Assembly: GCF_004010195.1 (NCBI RefSeq)
Contig: NC_057718.1
Coordinates: forward strand, 46,853,262-46,917,261
Source: Chiloscyllium plagiosum
Taxonomy: Eukaryota
Direction: 5' to 3'
Length of the DNA stretch: 64,000 bases
Shown here: positions 12,399 to 26,199 of the stretch, piece after piece
Position numbering within the stretch: position 1 is the first letter of the stretch
Layout: each line of letters opens with the position of its first letter
Made by a program: the position numbers and the translations under genes
Notes under the pieces: model-generated
Told to the model about the DNA's origin: nothing
The model's input: the letters and a program-made list of their open reading frames with translations, nothing else
The model's database searches: none

Positions 12399-12817
12399 GG
12401 AGAAAGTGAGGATTGCAGATGCTGGAGATCAGAGCTGAAAATGTGTTGTTAGAAAAGCGCGGCAGGTCAGGCAGCATCCAAGGAGCAGGAGAATCGACGT
12501 TTCGGGCATGAGCCCTTCTTCAGGAATGAGGAAAGTGTGCCAAGCAGGCTAAGATAAAAGGTAGGGAGGAGGGACTTGGGGGAGGGGCGTTGGAAATGCG
12601 ATAGGTGGAAGGAGGTTAAGGTGAGGGTGATAGGCCGGAGTGGGGTTGGGGGCGAAGAGGTCAGGAAGAAGATTGCAGGTTAGGAAGGTGGTGCTGAGTT
12701 CGAGGGTTGGGACTGAGACAAGGTGGGGGGAGGGGAAATGAGGAAACTGGAGAAATCTGAGTTCATCCCTTGTGGTTGGAGGGTTAGAACGGCTGAAGAG
12801 TTTCTGGGCAGAAGAGA
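12399..12817 (-). mobile_element. Penelope-derived 3' terminal fragment with hammerhead core
   Basis: 12-bp TSD TTAATATTTGTA (12387-12398, 12818-12829); minus strand CTGAAGAAGGGCTCATGCCCGAAACGTC. Confidence 0.8.
12496..12523 (-). ncRNA. Minimal hammerhead ribozyme core (putative)
   Basis: CUGAAGA-A-GGGC(UCAU)GCCC-GAAA-CG-UC; stem I is weak (AUUC/GAUU). Confidence 0.6.
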
Positions 12818-12843
12818 TTAATATTTGTAACCTGTATCTTAGC

Positions 12844-13091
12844 TTAGATTAGATTAGATTCCCTACAGTGTGGAAACAGGCCCTTCAGCCTAACCTGTCC
12901 ACACCGACCCTCCGAAGAGTAACCCACCCAGACTCATTTCCCTCTGACTAATGCATCTAACACTATGGGCAATTTAGCATGGTCAATTCACCTGACCTGC
13001 ACATCTGTGGACTGTGGGAGGAAACCGGAGCACCCAGAGGAAACCCACGCAGACACGGGTAGAATGTGCAAACTCCACACAGACAGTCGCC
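12844..13091 (-). mobile_element. tRNA-derived SINE (V-SINE/HE1-like), 5' truncated
   Basis: Core GTGTGGAGTTTGCACATTCT..GCGTGGGTTTCCTC..TCCCACAGTCC with (TCTAA)n tail. Confidence 0.85.
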
Positions 13092-13556
13092 TTTTGATAA
13101 ATTTCCTAAATTTCTGTAATTAAATTGAAACAGTTCTATGTGTTTCAGAATTATCCTAGTTATGCTGTAATGCACTAGTTGGCCTGTTGGCCAATTGTAC
13201 TAAAAGTTGTGATGTTGATTTTCTACATTCAATGAGAGCTATTAGCACTGAAAATCAGATGAGTGTCAGAAAGACCAAGTTGTTGCAGCAACAGCAGCAG
13301 AATTGCTGTAAAGTCTCAACTTGTTTTCCCAGATATTCCTCCACCTTCTTAATCTTTCTCCCTGTCCATCTGGAAGATGAATTCAAGTCTGCTCCATTTT
13401 CTTTCAAATGCTGATTGAAAAGAGCCCTCAGTTGGGAGGACCAAATGAGGTACTCCTTTCCCAACTTTCCACACTTCAGTAATTTTTAAAATGTTTGATT
13501 TTTTGTTTCCCTAAACCATTCCAGTACTTGGTACTTCTCCAAGTGCAGTACATCTT

Positions 13557-13830
13557 GGGGTGGCACAGTGACTCAGTAGTTAGCACTGCTGCCTCACAGT
13601 ACAAGGGACCTGGGTTCAATCCCAGCTTCAGACAACTGTGTGGAATTTGCACATTCTCCCCATGTCTACGCAGGTTTCGTCTGGGTGCTCCAGTTTCCTT
13701 CCACAGTCCACAGAGGTAGATTAGCCTTGGGAAATGCAGATTTACAGGGATCAGTTGGGGAATGGATCTGGGTGGGATGCTCTTCAGTGAGTTAATGGGT
13801 CAAATTGCCTGCTGCCACATAGGAGTTCTA
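13557..13830 (+). mobile_element. tRNA-derived SINE (V-SINE/HE1-like)
   Basis: A box TGGCACAGTG..TTAGCACTGC, B box GGGTTCAATCCC, conserved core. Confidence 0.8.
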
Positions 13831-13856
13831 TGGTTCACTAATAGTTAATGCAATTA

Positions 13857-14185
13857 GCAAGTTTTGAGAAGATTTGTAGCTCAGGTTGAGATTTTGGATG
13901 TAAGTTAGCTCACTGAGCTGGAAGGTTTGTTTTCAGGTGTTTCATCACCATACTAGGTAACATCATCAGTGAGCCTCTGGTTCAGCCTCTGGTTGGTGGT
14001 ATGGGCCACTTTTTATTTATGTATTATGGTTTCCTTGGGTTGGTGATGTCACTTCCTGTGGTGATTTTCTGTTTTTTTCTCAGGGGTGGTAAATGGGATC
14101 AAAGCCAATGTGTTTGTTGATAGAGTTCTGGTTGGAGTAACATACTTCTCGAAAATCTTGCATGTGTCCCTGTTTGGCTTGTCCT
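13857..14185 (-). mobile_element. Penelope 3' terminal fragment, same family as 40989-43654
   Basis: Reverse complement of 43345-43654; hammerhead-like TCA-CTGATGA-T-GTTACC-TAGTAT-GGTGAT-GAAA-CACC-TGA at 13972-13933. Confidence 0.85.
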
Positions 14186-14459
14186 GTTAACGCAGTGTTA
14201 AGAAATAGAAAATTCCAACTGGGTGACAAATATTTCATTGGTCTAATCATCGGATGAATATGGTGTATTGCACTCCATTTTAGAAAGCTCCAGTGAAGCA
14301 CTGTACTCCTGCACTAAAGTGGTTTGCTGTTCCTTTACTCGGTAGCTGAATTTTAATTAGCCTAATCAACTCAGGTGGTTATGACAATCATTTTGGTGGA
14401 TCACATTCCACATCATAAAACTCCAGCAGGGCTCCACAAAAGATATGATTCATACCTGA

Positions 14460-15583
14460 CACATGGGAAGCAGGTTGTGGTCAGTCATCTCAGGAGGAGG
14501 TCCTCAGGGTACTGTCCTGGGCCCAACCATCTTTAACTGCTTTATCAATGGCCTTCCCTCTGTCATAAGCTCAGAGACAGGAATGTTCGCTGATGATTGT
14601 ACAACGATCAGCACTCCTCAGATACCAAATCAAATGCAACAAGATCCGAACAATGTTCAGGCTTCAGCTGACAAGTGGCAAGTAACGTTTGTGTCACAAA
14701 AATGCGTGGCAATGACTATCCTGAAGAAGGGTTTATGCCCGAAACGTCGATTCTCCTGCTCCTTGGATAGTGCCTGACCTGCTGCGCTTTTCCAGCAACA
14801 CATTTTTCAGCTCTGATCTCCAGCATCTGCAGTCCTCACTTTCTCCTGGCAATGACCATCTCCAAAAAGAGACAATTTAACCAACACCCCTTAACATTCA
14901 GCAGTGTCACCATCATTGAATCCCCTACCAACAACATCCTTGGGGTTACCATTAACTGGAAACTCAACTGGGCTCGCTACAGTAAACAGACTGTCTACAA
15001 GAAGACCAAAGGCTAGCAATTCTGTGGTGGGTAACTCACCTCCTGAATCCCCAAAACCTATCCCCCTTTCACAAGGCACAAGTGTGTTGGAATACTCCCC
15101 ATTTATCTGAACGAATGCTGCTCCAGCAATACACAAGATGTTTGAAACCAATCTGGACAAAGCAGTCTGATTGATTGGCACCACATCCATAAGTATCCAC
15201 TCCCTCCACCACCAATGCTCAGTAGCAGCAGTGTGTACTACTACATGTTGCACTGCACAAATGCACCAAAGATCCTCAGACAGCACCTTCCAAACCCATG
15301 ACCATTTCATCAAGAAGGGCAAAGGCAGCAAATACATGGGAACACCATCACCTGCACATTCCCCTCCAAGCCACTCACCATCCTGACTTGGAAATATATT
15401 GCTGTTCCTTCACTGTCGCTGGGTCAAAATCTTGGAATTCTCTCTACAAGGGCATTGTAGGTTTACCCACAGCAGGTGGACTGCAGTGGTCCAAGAAAAC
15501 AGCTCACTACCAGTCAGTCAGACTGGCAATAAATACTGGCCAGCTAGTGACTTCCATGTCCCATGAGTGAACATAAAAAAAAC
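14460..15583 (+). mobile_element. CR1/L2-group LINE 3' fragment
   Basis: PQGTVLGPTIFNCFINGLP, MFADDCT; A-rich 3' end; related copies at 26200-27130 and 54505-56230. Confidence 0.75.
14721..14846 (+). mobile_element. Penelope-derived mini-insertion that begins at the hammerhead core
   Basis: TSD TGGCAATGACYATC (14707-14720, 14847-14860); CTGAAGAAGGGTTTATGCCCGAAACGTC at 14721-14748. Confidence 0.8.
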
Positions 15584-16454
15584 CTTGTCCATCAATAATT
15601 AGATTTAAATATCGCTGAAATTTTCTACATGAAGAAATACTGCAATTTAATGTTTTGTACAAAACCCCGTTTTATCCAGACCATTTCCCTCTTCTGCATG
15701 ATTTTTGTATCCTGTTGCGAACTATGGAAGATTATTCTGGTTCTTCTGAGCTTTTTACACCAATTTGCTGTTTTTTTAAAAAATGGTGTCACACTGAGTA
15801 AGCTTCTTAAAGAAATGTTTTCAGTTGAATAATCAAAATATTTTCCCTTCAAAACAATGTTTATAATAACTCTTCAATTTTTCCGTGCTTATTGCTTGAT
15901 TTTTACTGTTAGTTCTCCATTTTTTTTTTAAATCAGCATTCTTTTCTTCCAAAAAAAGATTCTCAGGTTTTTCCAGTATTTTTAAGCAATTGTTTCACCT
16001 TGCTTCTTTGAGACTCAGCTTGGTCCTCACATGAATTTTCACAGATTCTAGCTACTACAGGCAGGCCTAATACTGCTATGAGTCCTGCAACCTTTTCATG
16101 CTGGCTGCTGAATATTGAAAGGTACACTCTCTCAGTTTTCTAATATGAAGTTTTTCTTCATTCTTCTCCTCAGACGGTTGTCGTTTTGTCGAACTGAAGA
16201 TTGTTTCAGGCTGTGTCCACTGCTGCAATTTAATTAAATCTTCAAATACTTCTGCTGTTATCTCACATGAGACAGAGGATCCCACCACAGCTTACAAGCT
16301 TATAATGTCAGGTGCCAACCAATCGATATATTAGGAGTAGATGCACTGCCACTAATCCTTCTAATGCTAATGATATCAAGTAGCTACATAACATGCTAGA
16401 CAAAAGACAGACTAAATCTGAACAACAAAGAATGATAATTACATATTATTTAAT

Positions 16455-17190
16455 TGCAAGTTACATTATGTCTAGGAAAGAAATAGAGAGCTTAGTGGCA
16501 CAATGTAAAGACAACAATCTCTTCCTCAACATCAGCAAAACAAAGAAGCTGGTCATCAACTTCAGAGAGCAGAGTGGAGGACACGCCCCTGTCTGTGTCA
16601 ATGGTGTTGAGGTGGAGGTGGCCAAGAGCTTCAGGTTCCTTGGAGTAAATATCACTAACAACTGTCCTGGTCCATCATGTCGATACTACAGTCAAGAAAG
16701 TATACTAACATTCCTACTTCCTCAGAAGGCTAAGGAAATTTAGCATGTTCACAATGTCTCTTACCAATTTCTAAAGATGCACCATAAAAAGCATGCTGTC
16801 CTGATGCATCACTGCTTGGCATGGCAACTGCTCTGCCCAAATCTGCAAAAACTTAAGAGTTGTGAACGCAGCCCAGTCCATCATGAAAACCAGCCTTCCT
16901 TCCTTTGATTCTGTCTACACTTCCTGCTGCCTCAGGAAAGCTGCCAGCACAATTAAAGATCCACCTCCCCCCGGTCATACCCTCTTCCACCCTCATCCAT
17001 TAGGCAGAAGATATGAAAGTTTGAAAACATATACCAACAGACTTAAGAACAGTTTCCTCCTCTCTGTTATCAGACTTATGAATGGACATCTCAGAACTTA
17101 AGAGTTGATCTTTCTCTGCACCTTCTCTGTAGCTGTAACATTATATTCTGCATTCTGTTCTATTACCCTGTTGTACGTATCGAGGGTATG
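16455..17190 (+). mobile_element. Rex1/Babar-like LINE 3' fragment
   Basis: CKDNNLFLNISKTKKLVINFR..VEVAKSFRFLGVNIT, and KTYTNRLKNSFLLSVIRLMN. Confidence 0.8.
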
Positions 17191-17439
17191 ATGAGGGAAA
17201 ACGTTGTTTGTTGCTGGAGTTAATAATTTTAAAAGACTCCCACATGTCAAATGTAGATTTACTCTCAAACAGCCATCCCCAATCTAATTCCTCCAGTTCC
17301 AGCCCAATACTGCTGTATTTAACCTCCCCTCAATTTAACACTATAGTGTTTAACAAGGCAGAAACATTTTACAATTGAACATATTCTTGACTGAAACAAA
17401 GCAAAAGTAACAATTGTCAATCTGCCCCAAGCATCTAAT

Positions 17440-18655
17440 TAGAGGTAAACAAGGATGTGGTCTGTATGGCCTTCAGTAAGGTGTTCAACAAGGTTCCACA
17501 TGCAGACTGGTTAGCAAGGTTAGATCACATGGAATAAAGAAAGTAGCCGCCATTTGGATACAGAACTGGCTCAACGTAGAAGACGTGAGGTGGTAGTGGA
17601 GGGTTGCTTTTCAGACTGAAGGCCTGAACTGTGACCATTGGAGTGCCACAAGGATCAGTGCTGGGTCCACTGCTTTTCGTCATTTATATAAAGGATTTGG
17701 ATGTGAACATAGGAGGTATAGTTACTAAGTTTGTTGATGACACCAAAATTGGTGGTGTAGTGGACAGTCAAGAAGGTTACCTTCGACTTCAATGGGACCT
17801 TGATTAGATGGGCCAATGGGCTGAGGAGTGGCAGATGGAGTTTAATTTAGATAAATGTGAGTTGCTGCATTTTGGGAAAGCAAATCTTAGCAGGACTTGT
17901 ACACTTAATGGGAAGGTCCTGGGGAGTGTTGCTGAACAGACATCTTGGAATGCAGGTTTATATTTCCTAGAAAATAAGAGTACCTGGTAGATAGGATAGT
18001 GAGGAAGGCATTTGGTATACTTGCTTTATTGGTCAGTGCATTGAATATAGGAGCTGGGAGGTCACATTGAGGCTATACAGAACAATGGTTTGGCCACTTT
18101 TGGAATACTGCATTCAATTCTGGGTCTACTTGCTATAGGAAGGATGTTGTGAAACTCAAAAGGGTTCAGAAAAGATTTACAAGGATGTGTCAGTGTTGGA
18201 GAGCTTGAGCTATAGGGAGAGGCTGAATAGGCTGGGGCTATTGTCCCTGAAGTGTTGGAGGCTGAGGGGGTGACCTTATAGAGGTTTATTAAATCATGAG
18301 GGGCAGGGATAGGGTAAATGGACAAGGTCTTTTTCTCAAGGTGGGGGAGTCCGAAACTGGAGGGCAGAGGTTTAAGATGAGAGGGGAAAGATTTAAAAGG
18401 GACCTAAGGGGCAATTTTTTTCATGCAGAGGGTGATGCATGTATGGAATGAGCTGCCAGAGGAAGTAGTGGAGGCTGGTAAAATGACAACATTTACAAAA
18501 CATCTGATTGGGTATTTGAATAGAAAGGGTTTAGAGGGATATGGGCCAAATGCTGGCAAATGGGACTAGATTAATTTTGGATATCTGGTCGGCATGGATG
18601 AATTGGACTGAAGCATCTGTTTCCATGCTGTATAACCCTGACTCTATGACTCTCT
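17440..18655 (+). mobile_element. CR1 LINE 3' fragment
   Basis: Same RT and tail as 502-1685; (GACTCTAT)n end. Confidence 0.92.
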
Positions 18656-18764
18656 CATGAGGAACAACTTCTGCTGGAGCCTGTTCACTGCTTTTGGAAC
18701 TGCACCTCTTGTCAGCACAGGTGACATAGAACATTCAACCTCTTTGAACGAGATTAGATAACTT

Positions 18765-19140
18765 TTTTATATATTCTTTCCTGACACTTGTGTGCTGCAA
18801 GCAAGGCAAAATTTGCTGCCCATTCCCAATTGCCCTTTGAACTGAATGGCTTGATAGGCCATTTCAGAGAGCAGTTAAGCAGTAAATCAAGCACATTGCT
18901 GTGGGTCTGCATTCACAAGCAGGCTAGACCAGGTAAGGATGGCAGATTTTCTTCCCTAAAGGACTGTAGTGAACCTAATGGGCATTTACAACAATCGACA
19001 TGTAACGTTGCCATCACTGGTTTAACTTTTAATTCCAGATTTTACTGAATTCAAATTACATCATCTGTCATGAAGGGATTTGAACATGAACATAAACCCA
19101 GAGTTCAGCCATACTGTCCATTATGGCTATACCACTGCCT
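18765..19140 (-). mobile_element. SINE-like element, second family
   Basis: Reverse-complement similarity to 53605-53870, which has a tRNA-like head (GGGTTCAAATCCCACCA). Confidence 0.55.
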
Positions 19141-22100
19141 CCAAGAGAAACTATTCTAAATTGTTATACTTTAAATAGACACTTAGGGCAGATTTGCAAT
19201 AGTTTCTTTTGAGTTGTTTTAACCAAGAATGAAGTTGTTCTTTATTATGACTTTATTTTGAATCTTAGATCAATCAGAGAGTTTACTAGTTCCTGCAAGG
19301 GCTGCCTTAAGGTGGTATTATTTGTTTTGTGCCTTCACACACATCTTTTTCCCTTTGTAAATAGCAGGGAGATGTCAGAGGATTAACAGGCTGATTATCA
19401 ATCTATTGAACCTCATCATGAATGCTCCTTCATTATGCAATAAGTCCTCGAGTGAGACCTGAACCTAAAGCTTCTAGCTCTGATGTGGGGTTGAAACTAT
19501 CACATCTGCTACTCAAAACGCAAGTATTCCAATAAAACCAGCCAAGTATTTATGAGGTCACTTGTTCAAATTTTAAAAAACCTAGACTTAATGGCAAGCA
19601 GAGTAAAAATGACATAATTAGCTATTACATTCAAGGGCCCTTCCTTAATGACTGAAAAATTATCACAAATAAACTGCCGGTCCTGAAGGACTGGTAGCTG
19701 GTTTCCCATGTGTATCTCATGCTTTCGTGTTGGTGACAAAAGCGAATAAGTTAGGCATTTTAACTTCTGGCAAATTTAATGTTATGCAAGTTCAAGTTGA
19801 GATGATACTGTGAGGGTATAAGCAACAGTCACCTTGGTAAACAGTACAGTGAACCTGAGGATTTCTAACAGAAGCAGTCAAACCTGGAGTTGTGAAAAGG
19901 TTGGAGAATGGCAGCACAGTATGCTCAGTGGAGCAGGCAATGGTGGGAATTGAGGGAAATGCAAGTGCAATTATTGTGGCAGAGACTGGGCAAAGCAAGT
20001 AAGGTGGAGGCAATCAACAGTTTAGGTTTGGGCAGCAGTTTAGGTACGTGCAGATCAATTCACATCATCATCAATTACATATACAGAAGCAGAAAAACAA
20101 ACTTGAAAATATTTAACAAAATCTGAAAAGAGCAGTCAGGAGTTTGGATTGTCCTGATTATTAAGTGTGCAGAAAGTCTTGAGGTCCAAGATTGGTATGA
20201 GACATCAGGGCAAGTGAATCTCTTTTCAAAGAGAGTGGGCCTATTTGGTCGTGGAAATCCTGAGTTAAGTGCAGGAGAACAATCATCATCTTACTTTTAG
20301 TGGCAAGTAAGCATGGATATATCAGGCGAGAACAGATCCTATGAGATTACAATATTACCACAGTTGAATAGCTTGATAGAACCTCCAGTGTCTGTGGAAC
20401 AACAACAATCGCTACCATCATTCAGATAAAACTGGATATAAAGGAAGGAATTGGTGGAGGAGGAAGAAAGTATCGGGAACAAAATTAGATGTGTGAAGGT
20501 GGAGGTACTGCACAGGCACTAATCACATGCACAAAGTGATGCAGGCAATACACAAACTTTATGTTAGCTGTAGCCAGCATCAAATCCGATGCAGAGTGGC
20601 TGCATAGCTCAGCAGGGGCTCAGGCCAGCACCATATAAATTAGTTTGCACTACAGTATTTCAAGTGAGACAAATCTTTTTAAAGGCAAGGTGCATGCTGA
20701 GCAAATAGAAGACAAGACAAAGACTGGAGGGAGCAACCAAAAAGGTGCAAGGGTCAGGGAATGTACTGCAGGATTCTCAGATCTGCACTAAAGGCCACAG
20801 GGACCAGCAGCTGCTGAAAACAAAGCATTAAGGAAATAGTGGAAGCAGATACCCATGGTAGTCAATGCCACCTGAGGCCCATCTGCCCTGCAGTTGCCTT
20901 TGCCTAGTTTAGTACTCTAACAGAGTGCTTCCCCAATGGGTACACTTGCAAGGCAAGCACCAAAGACATAAACTGGGATAACTGCTACAGTTTTGTACTG
21001 TTTATTGTGTGTACAATTGATCAGATTCAGCACTGTGGGGGTAGTGTGCTAACCATATGTACGTTCTATCTGGAGGGAAGACAACAAACACAAGAGAAAC
21101 TCAGCAGGTCTGGCAGCAACAGTGGAGAGACAAACAGAGTCAACTTTGAGTCTGAAATGACTCTCCTCACAGTAACAAACAATGCTGTCTCAACATTTAG
21201 TGCCTAGATTTCTAGACTTTGCCAAACATTTACAATCTCCTCCAATTACACACTACTAACGACAACTGAACAAGAACTGGTAGAAAGTGATAAACCAAAT
21301 TAATGAAGATGCTTTTAATTTGTCATCAATGGTCAGGATTCCTCATGTCGCTGAGCATATGTAGTTCTGCACGTTTAATAAATTATGTTAAGTAAGTTGA
21401 AAGTGGCAAATGGTGAGTCACCTTAGGGTTAGGTGCTGATTGATGGCATGAACGGCCTACGCTGCAAATTTCCAATATAGGCTTGGAACACTACCCTAAT
21501 GGCCTAAACCCTGTGATGCAAAGTGTGGGCTCTGCTAGAAGTGGATAACAACAGCAAAGACGCCATTTTTCCCTGCACTCACCACACCAAAACTACTAGC
21601 TATACAGAGCCAAATTTGCAACTTCTATGTTTGTAACTTATTTTATCTGCATAAAGATTTATAAACAATGTAGAAGTGCATTCCACTTTGTAGTACCTGT
21701 ACAAACGATAACTGTCATGTTACACTGCAAATACTTGATATTGTAACTTTCCTCATCTCTTGATTAAACTCTGCTAGTGTTTCAGGATTGTTGAACAAAA
21801 TCAAAATGTGAAGAAAAGCAATCCTTGTTCAACAAAGGATTGAAATTCATTTCTCTGAAGATGATTACAAAGTGGGAGTTGAAGTAAAAACAAATCGTGT
21901 TCCTACACTCACTCAACATGGTTGAACTATCTGAATTTTTTTGCCTGGTAGTGCTCATTATCAAGAGTGTCCCACAATAATATTTGAATGATCAGAAAAC
22001 TCAGATGCTACTTAAATGATGATTCTTTACACGATCATTACTGATGCTGAAATTATGTTTGTAGTATTCAGAGGATGTACATTAGATATGTAACCATATC

Positions 22101-24654
22101 AGTTCGTTTTTATTCCACACAATCCAGTCATCTCATTTTTTTAAAAATGACTGATTTCCAGTAATTCCCAAAAAAATGCCCACATCTCATAGTAAATGCG
22201 ATTTCCACATCCAGAAAACCCTGAATTATTTCTCAATTAGACTGTAATGAATAGCTCCATAATCTAAAATGTGATCAAACGTTGCTAATCAATTCTGCTG
22301 TACAGTGCACAATGCTGACCCAATCTCTTTCCACGCTGCTGCTGCAGTAAAAATATATCCCAGATCAGTAGAAAGCTTGATAAATATCCAAGGTTCAGGC
22401 AGTCATACGTAACAGCATCTTACATAATCTTGCTCCTATTTACAGTTTCAGCAAGAAATTTATCTTTCAGTCAACTTATACTCCATTGTAAACAATATAA
22501 ATTCATTCAAATAAAATAGCTCATTAGTCTAACTAGATAAGTAGTCTAAATAAGGAAAAATAATTGGCTGCTAAAGAAATGCATGCAGGGGGTGAAATCA
22601 TCCCAGGTCACAGTAGACAAGGAAAGTGGTTGGTCATTGGGACAGACAGATACTTGACACCTTTCTATTTCCACTGAAGAAAGTTCTGGGCAGGAATCTA
22701 CAAGCAACCTTTCCAGTATTCCACCTCCAGATCTAATCCTCAAGAGAATAGTTACTCAAGGATTGCTTGGAGCTGACCTCCTCTTGAGCTCCAATTTCCT
22801 CAGCCCAAGTAGGCTAACTGAAAGATGGCAAGAATGAACGTAATCTTGCAAAAGCTATATGTCAGTTGGCGATGGGATGGTTCCTTAATCTGTGCTAACA
22901 TATGCATGATTGAGAGCATGGACATCAGACAAAGAGCGTCCCCTTCCTCACCCGACTTCTGACATTCTTCCCACCCTGTCTCCCTCCAGTGCTAAAACAA
23001 CCCATCTTCGTATTTGGATGCTGCTCCGGGAGTCTTGGGGATACTGCACCAGCAGCAGCCAGACCTTCTTTCGTCGTTCTGTTCAGATGGAAAGGTTTGT
23101 CAAGAAAAGACTTATGGCTGACATATACTGGTGTAACCCTTCTTGTATGTGCCAGTACATTCATTACTAAGTGTTACAGGTTTTTATTGCTGGATGGTGT
23201 GTTCTGGAACTATCAGCAACTCCAGGCAGCAGGGCATTCTATCCCAAGGACCTCAGTTATCAGGAAGATCCACTGGTGTCCAACAAGTGCCTACCTACAA
23301 GGATCTGACGGACACGGGATCCTGCAGATCTGCTGACTAGGAGTGAATGAGGGTGTGTTGATGATCTGTAGGCAGCACATGAGACACCTACCTAACAAAA
23401 ATGATTCCACCCATAGTGGGAATTGTTCAAATAGGACATGGTCAGGATACATAAAGGAATCATTCCCACAACTAACAGAGAAGCTACAACAAAGGTTAGA
23501 ATTCCTTAAATGGTAGTGTTTTTAAAATAATAAAAATTTAAATGTGACTCGAAAAAGAAAGGGAGGATGTGTGACAAATCTAAAGCTGACAATGCTAAGG
23601 AAAATCGACTGGAATATATTAAAATATACAGAAATACAGAAACATTAATGAGGGGCATTAAGAAACAAGGTGTAATGAAGAGGGTGCCATCTGTAAAGGA
23701 TCAATGCAATAGCTAGCTGGCATTTTTTTTCGGAAGCAGAGTTTCATCTCAAACCCTTTCCATGCCACTCTCAGACAGGCTCTACATTTCTCCAAAAACA
23801 AATAATAGTTCTTAAACGAAAATTCAGACCAAAAGGAAGATAACATGGAGCTTCTGAGCATTTTAAAGATAATTTCATATGAAACATTCTTGGGCTTCCA
23901 TGACATTCTTCCTCATGTCAGTGACCTGGACTGGCAGCTTAACTTTGAGCTAGAGACAACCTCCAGAGACAGACAAATGCATCTTCGGAATTTCTAAATC
24001 AAAGTCAGTGTCAAATACACATTCCACTGCCATGTTCCCTTGTTACTAGCTTGAATGAGTGTAGATTCACATATCATCCAGGTCTTGCACTCTGAATGAA
24101 TGCCTTGCCAAGCACAATCAGGTAAGATAAACTGTCAACTTGCAGATCAAATGCACCCAAATTGCAGATCCTCTCAGCTCTGGTGTCATATTATAAATAA
24201 AAAGAGAATGCTTTCATCCAACGTAATTACTTCAGCCATGTTCTTTTTCTCTGTTATAATGTTTAAAACTGCTTTTAAAAGTTACTTGATTTAATGAGTA
24301 TTGTTTACAAATGACTAGCATCTTAAAAATAGATAGTTTCTGAGTATATTACACAGTGATGTCAGGTAATCAGAGTGTCAGCAAGCATGGAGGATGATTA
24401 GTCCCATCTGTAACTTATCTAACTGAATCATTTGAGGAGGTAACTAGCATACTGAATAGTGTCCAAATGCTGAACTTTGAGTAGATATTTAATAAGGGGC
24501 AACACAGCATTTTCCAAATAAGTCACAAAGCCACAAGATGTGTCTGGCTATTAATACTGTTACAAGGCACTCAAGAACAAGGTGCAGTGTTAAGTACTGG
24601 ATTTCCAGACCTAGGCAAACTGTTCCAGTACAGATACAACAGTCATTTTACACT

Positions 24655-24977
24655 ATTAGATTAGATTACTTTAGATTAGATTACTTTACAGTGTAGAAAC
24701 AGGCCCTTCGGCCCAACAAGTCCACACCGACCCGCCGAAGCACAACCCACCCATAACCCTACATTTACCCCTTACCTAACACTACGGACAATTTAGCATG
24801 GCCAATTCACCTGACCTGCATATCTTTGGACTGTGGGAGGAAACCAGAGCACCCAGAGGAAACCCACGCAGACACAGGGAGAATGTGCAAACTCCACACA
24901 GTCAGTCGCCTGAGGCGGGAATTGAACCCGGGTCTCTGGCGCTGTGTGTCAGCAGTCCTAACCGCTGTGTCACCGTA
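24655..24977 (-). mobile_element. tRNA-derived SINE (V-SINE/HE1-like), near full length
   Basis: A/B boxes, conserved core and (TCTAA)n tail on the minus strand. Confidence 0.9.
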
Positions 24978-25316
24978 TAAAGTAGAAAATTAGCTAAGTG
25001 TGACCTATCCACAAATAAACAAGGGCAAATCCAATCCAGGCAACTAGTACCCCATTTGTCTACGCTTAGGTAACGGTGATGGGAAGGTGACCCTGAAAGA
25101 AATCCTGCCTTCAACGCCCAGTTTGTTTTCTGCTAGGGCTATTTGGCTTCAGGCCTCATTACAGTCTTTATTCAAAGGAGAATAAAAGAGCTGGATTCAA
25201 GGTGGGCAGGAGGTGTGGGGGATGGATGTGAGAGGGACTGTCCATGGCATCAAGACAGCATTTGGCTAAATGCTTCATAAAGGATCCTTAGTAAGATTGA
25301 AGTCAATGGGACTAAG

Positions 25317-26166
25317 TGTAACAATCCTATGGCTTTAAGAGGTGCATTTTGCCCTGTGTTTTTTTTACACAGAGAGATATGAGTGATCTGCTCCAAAGCC
25401 AATAAAGTAAACAACTTGTGAAGCCTTGGAGTTTATTTTTAAAGTTGGAACAATAGAAGCAGCCTGAATGGGTGGGGTCAGGCTCCCACAGAACCAGGAT
25501 TTTAGTTTAGTTTTATCCTTCAGTAGCAGTTGCTGGGTCTAGAAGCTGGATGTAGAAGCTCTAATTCCTCTCTCTGTTACAGCTAAAAGCTGGGATTCTC
25601 TTCCTGCTGCGATAATTGCATGTGAGACAATCTATTTTGCTGAATTTGCCTTTGCAGGAATGTGTTTATGGTATGGTACTATATTGGAACAGTTAAATAG
25701 TGGTATTTAATATACATTATTTTGTTAAGCGTTTTGATAGAGTTACGGGTTAATCCAATTCTTTTTATGTTTATGCTATCTGTATTTTAATTATAGTGAA
25801 TGAATACAGTGTACTTTATTTCAAGTTGGTAGTTTGACTAACCCAATTGCAGGGAGAAAGTGAGGACTACAGATGCTGGAGATCAGAGTTCAAGAGTGTA
25901 GTGCTGGAAAAGCACAGCCAGGCAGGCAGCACCTGAGGAGCAGGAGAATCGACGTTTCAGGCATTCCTGATGAAGAGCTTATGTCAATTCTCCTGCTTTT
26001 CGGATGATGCCTGACCAGCTGTTTTTTTCTAGCACCACACTCTTCAACTCTAATCCAACTGCATCCGAAACACAACACCTTACATTTACCTTTAGAATAA
26101 GAAAAAAAGTTAGAACTTAGACTATCTTCTTATCATATTTGTGGGGTTTTGGTCTGTTCCACAACA
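25317..26166 (+). mobile_element. Solo LTR-like element with a nested fold-back insertion at 25852-26049
   Basis: TGTAACA...CACAACA termini; 3' end similar to 39901-40763; nested insert has a diverged 14-bp TSD (25838-25851, 26050-26063). Confidence 0.6.
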
Positions 26167-26199
26167 GGAAGGGAAACAAACTTTCCCTTGTTTGGAATC

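Noticed and set aside
22840..23390. Cluster of overlapping short ORFs with balanced GC (also 20300-20950)
   Set aside because: No recognisable motifs or convincing splice pairs; probably old unclassified repeat.
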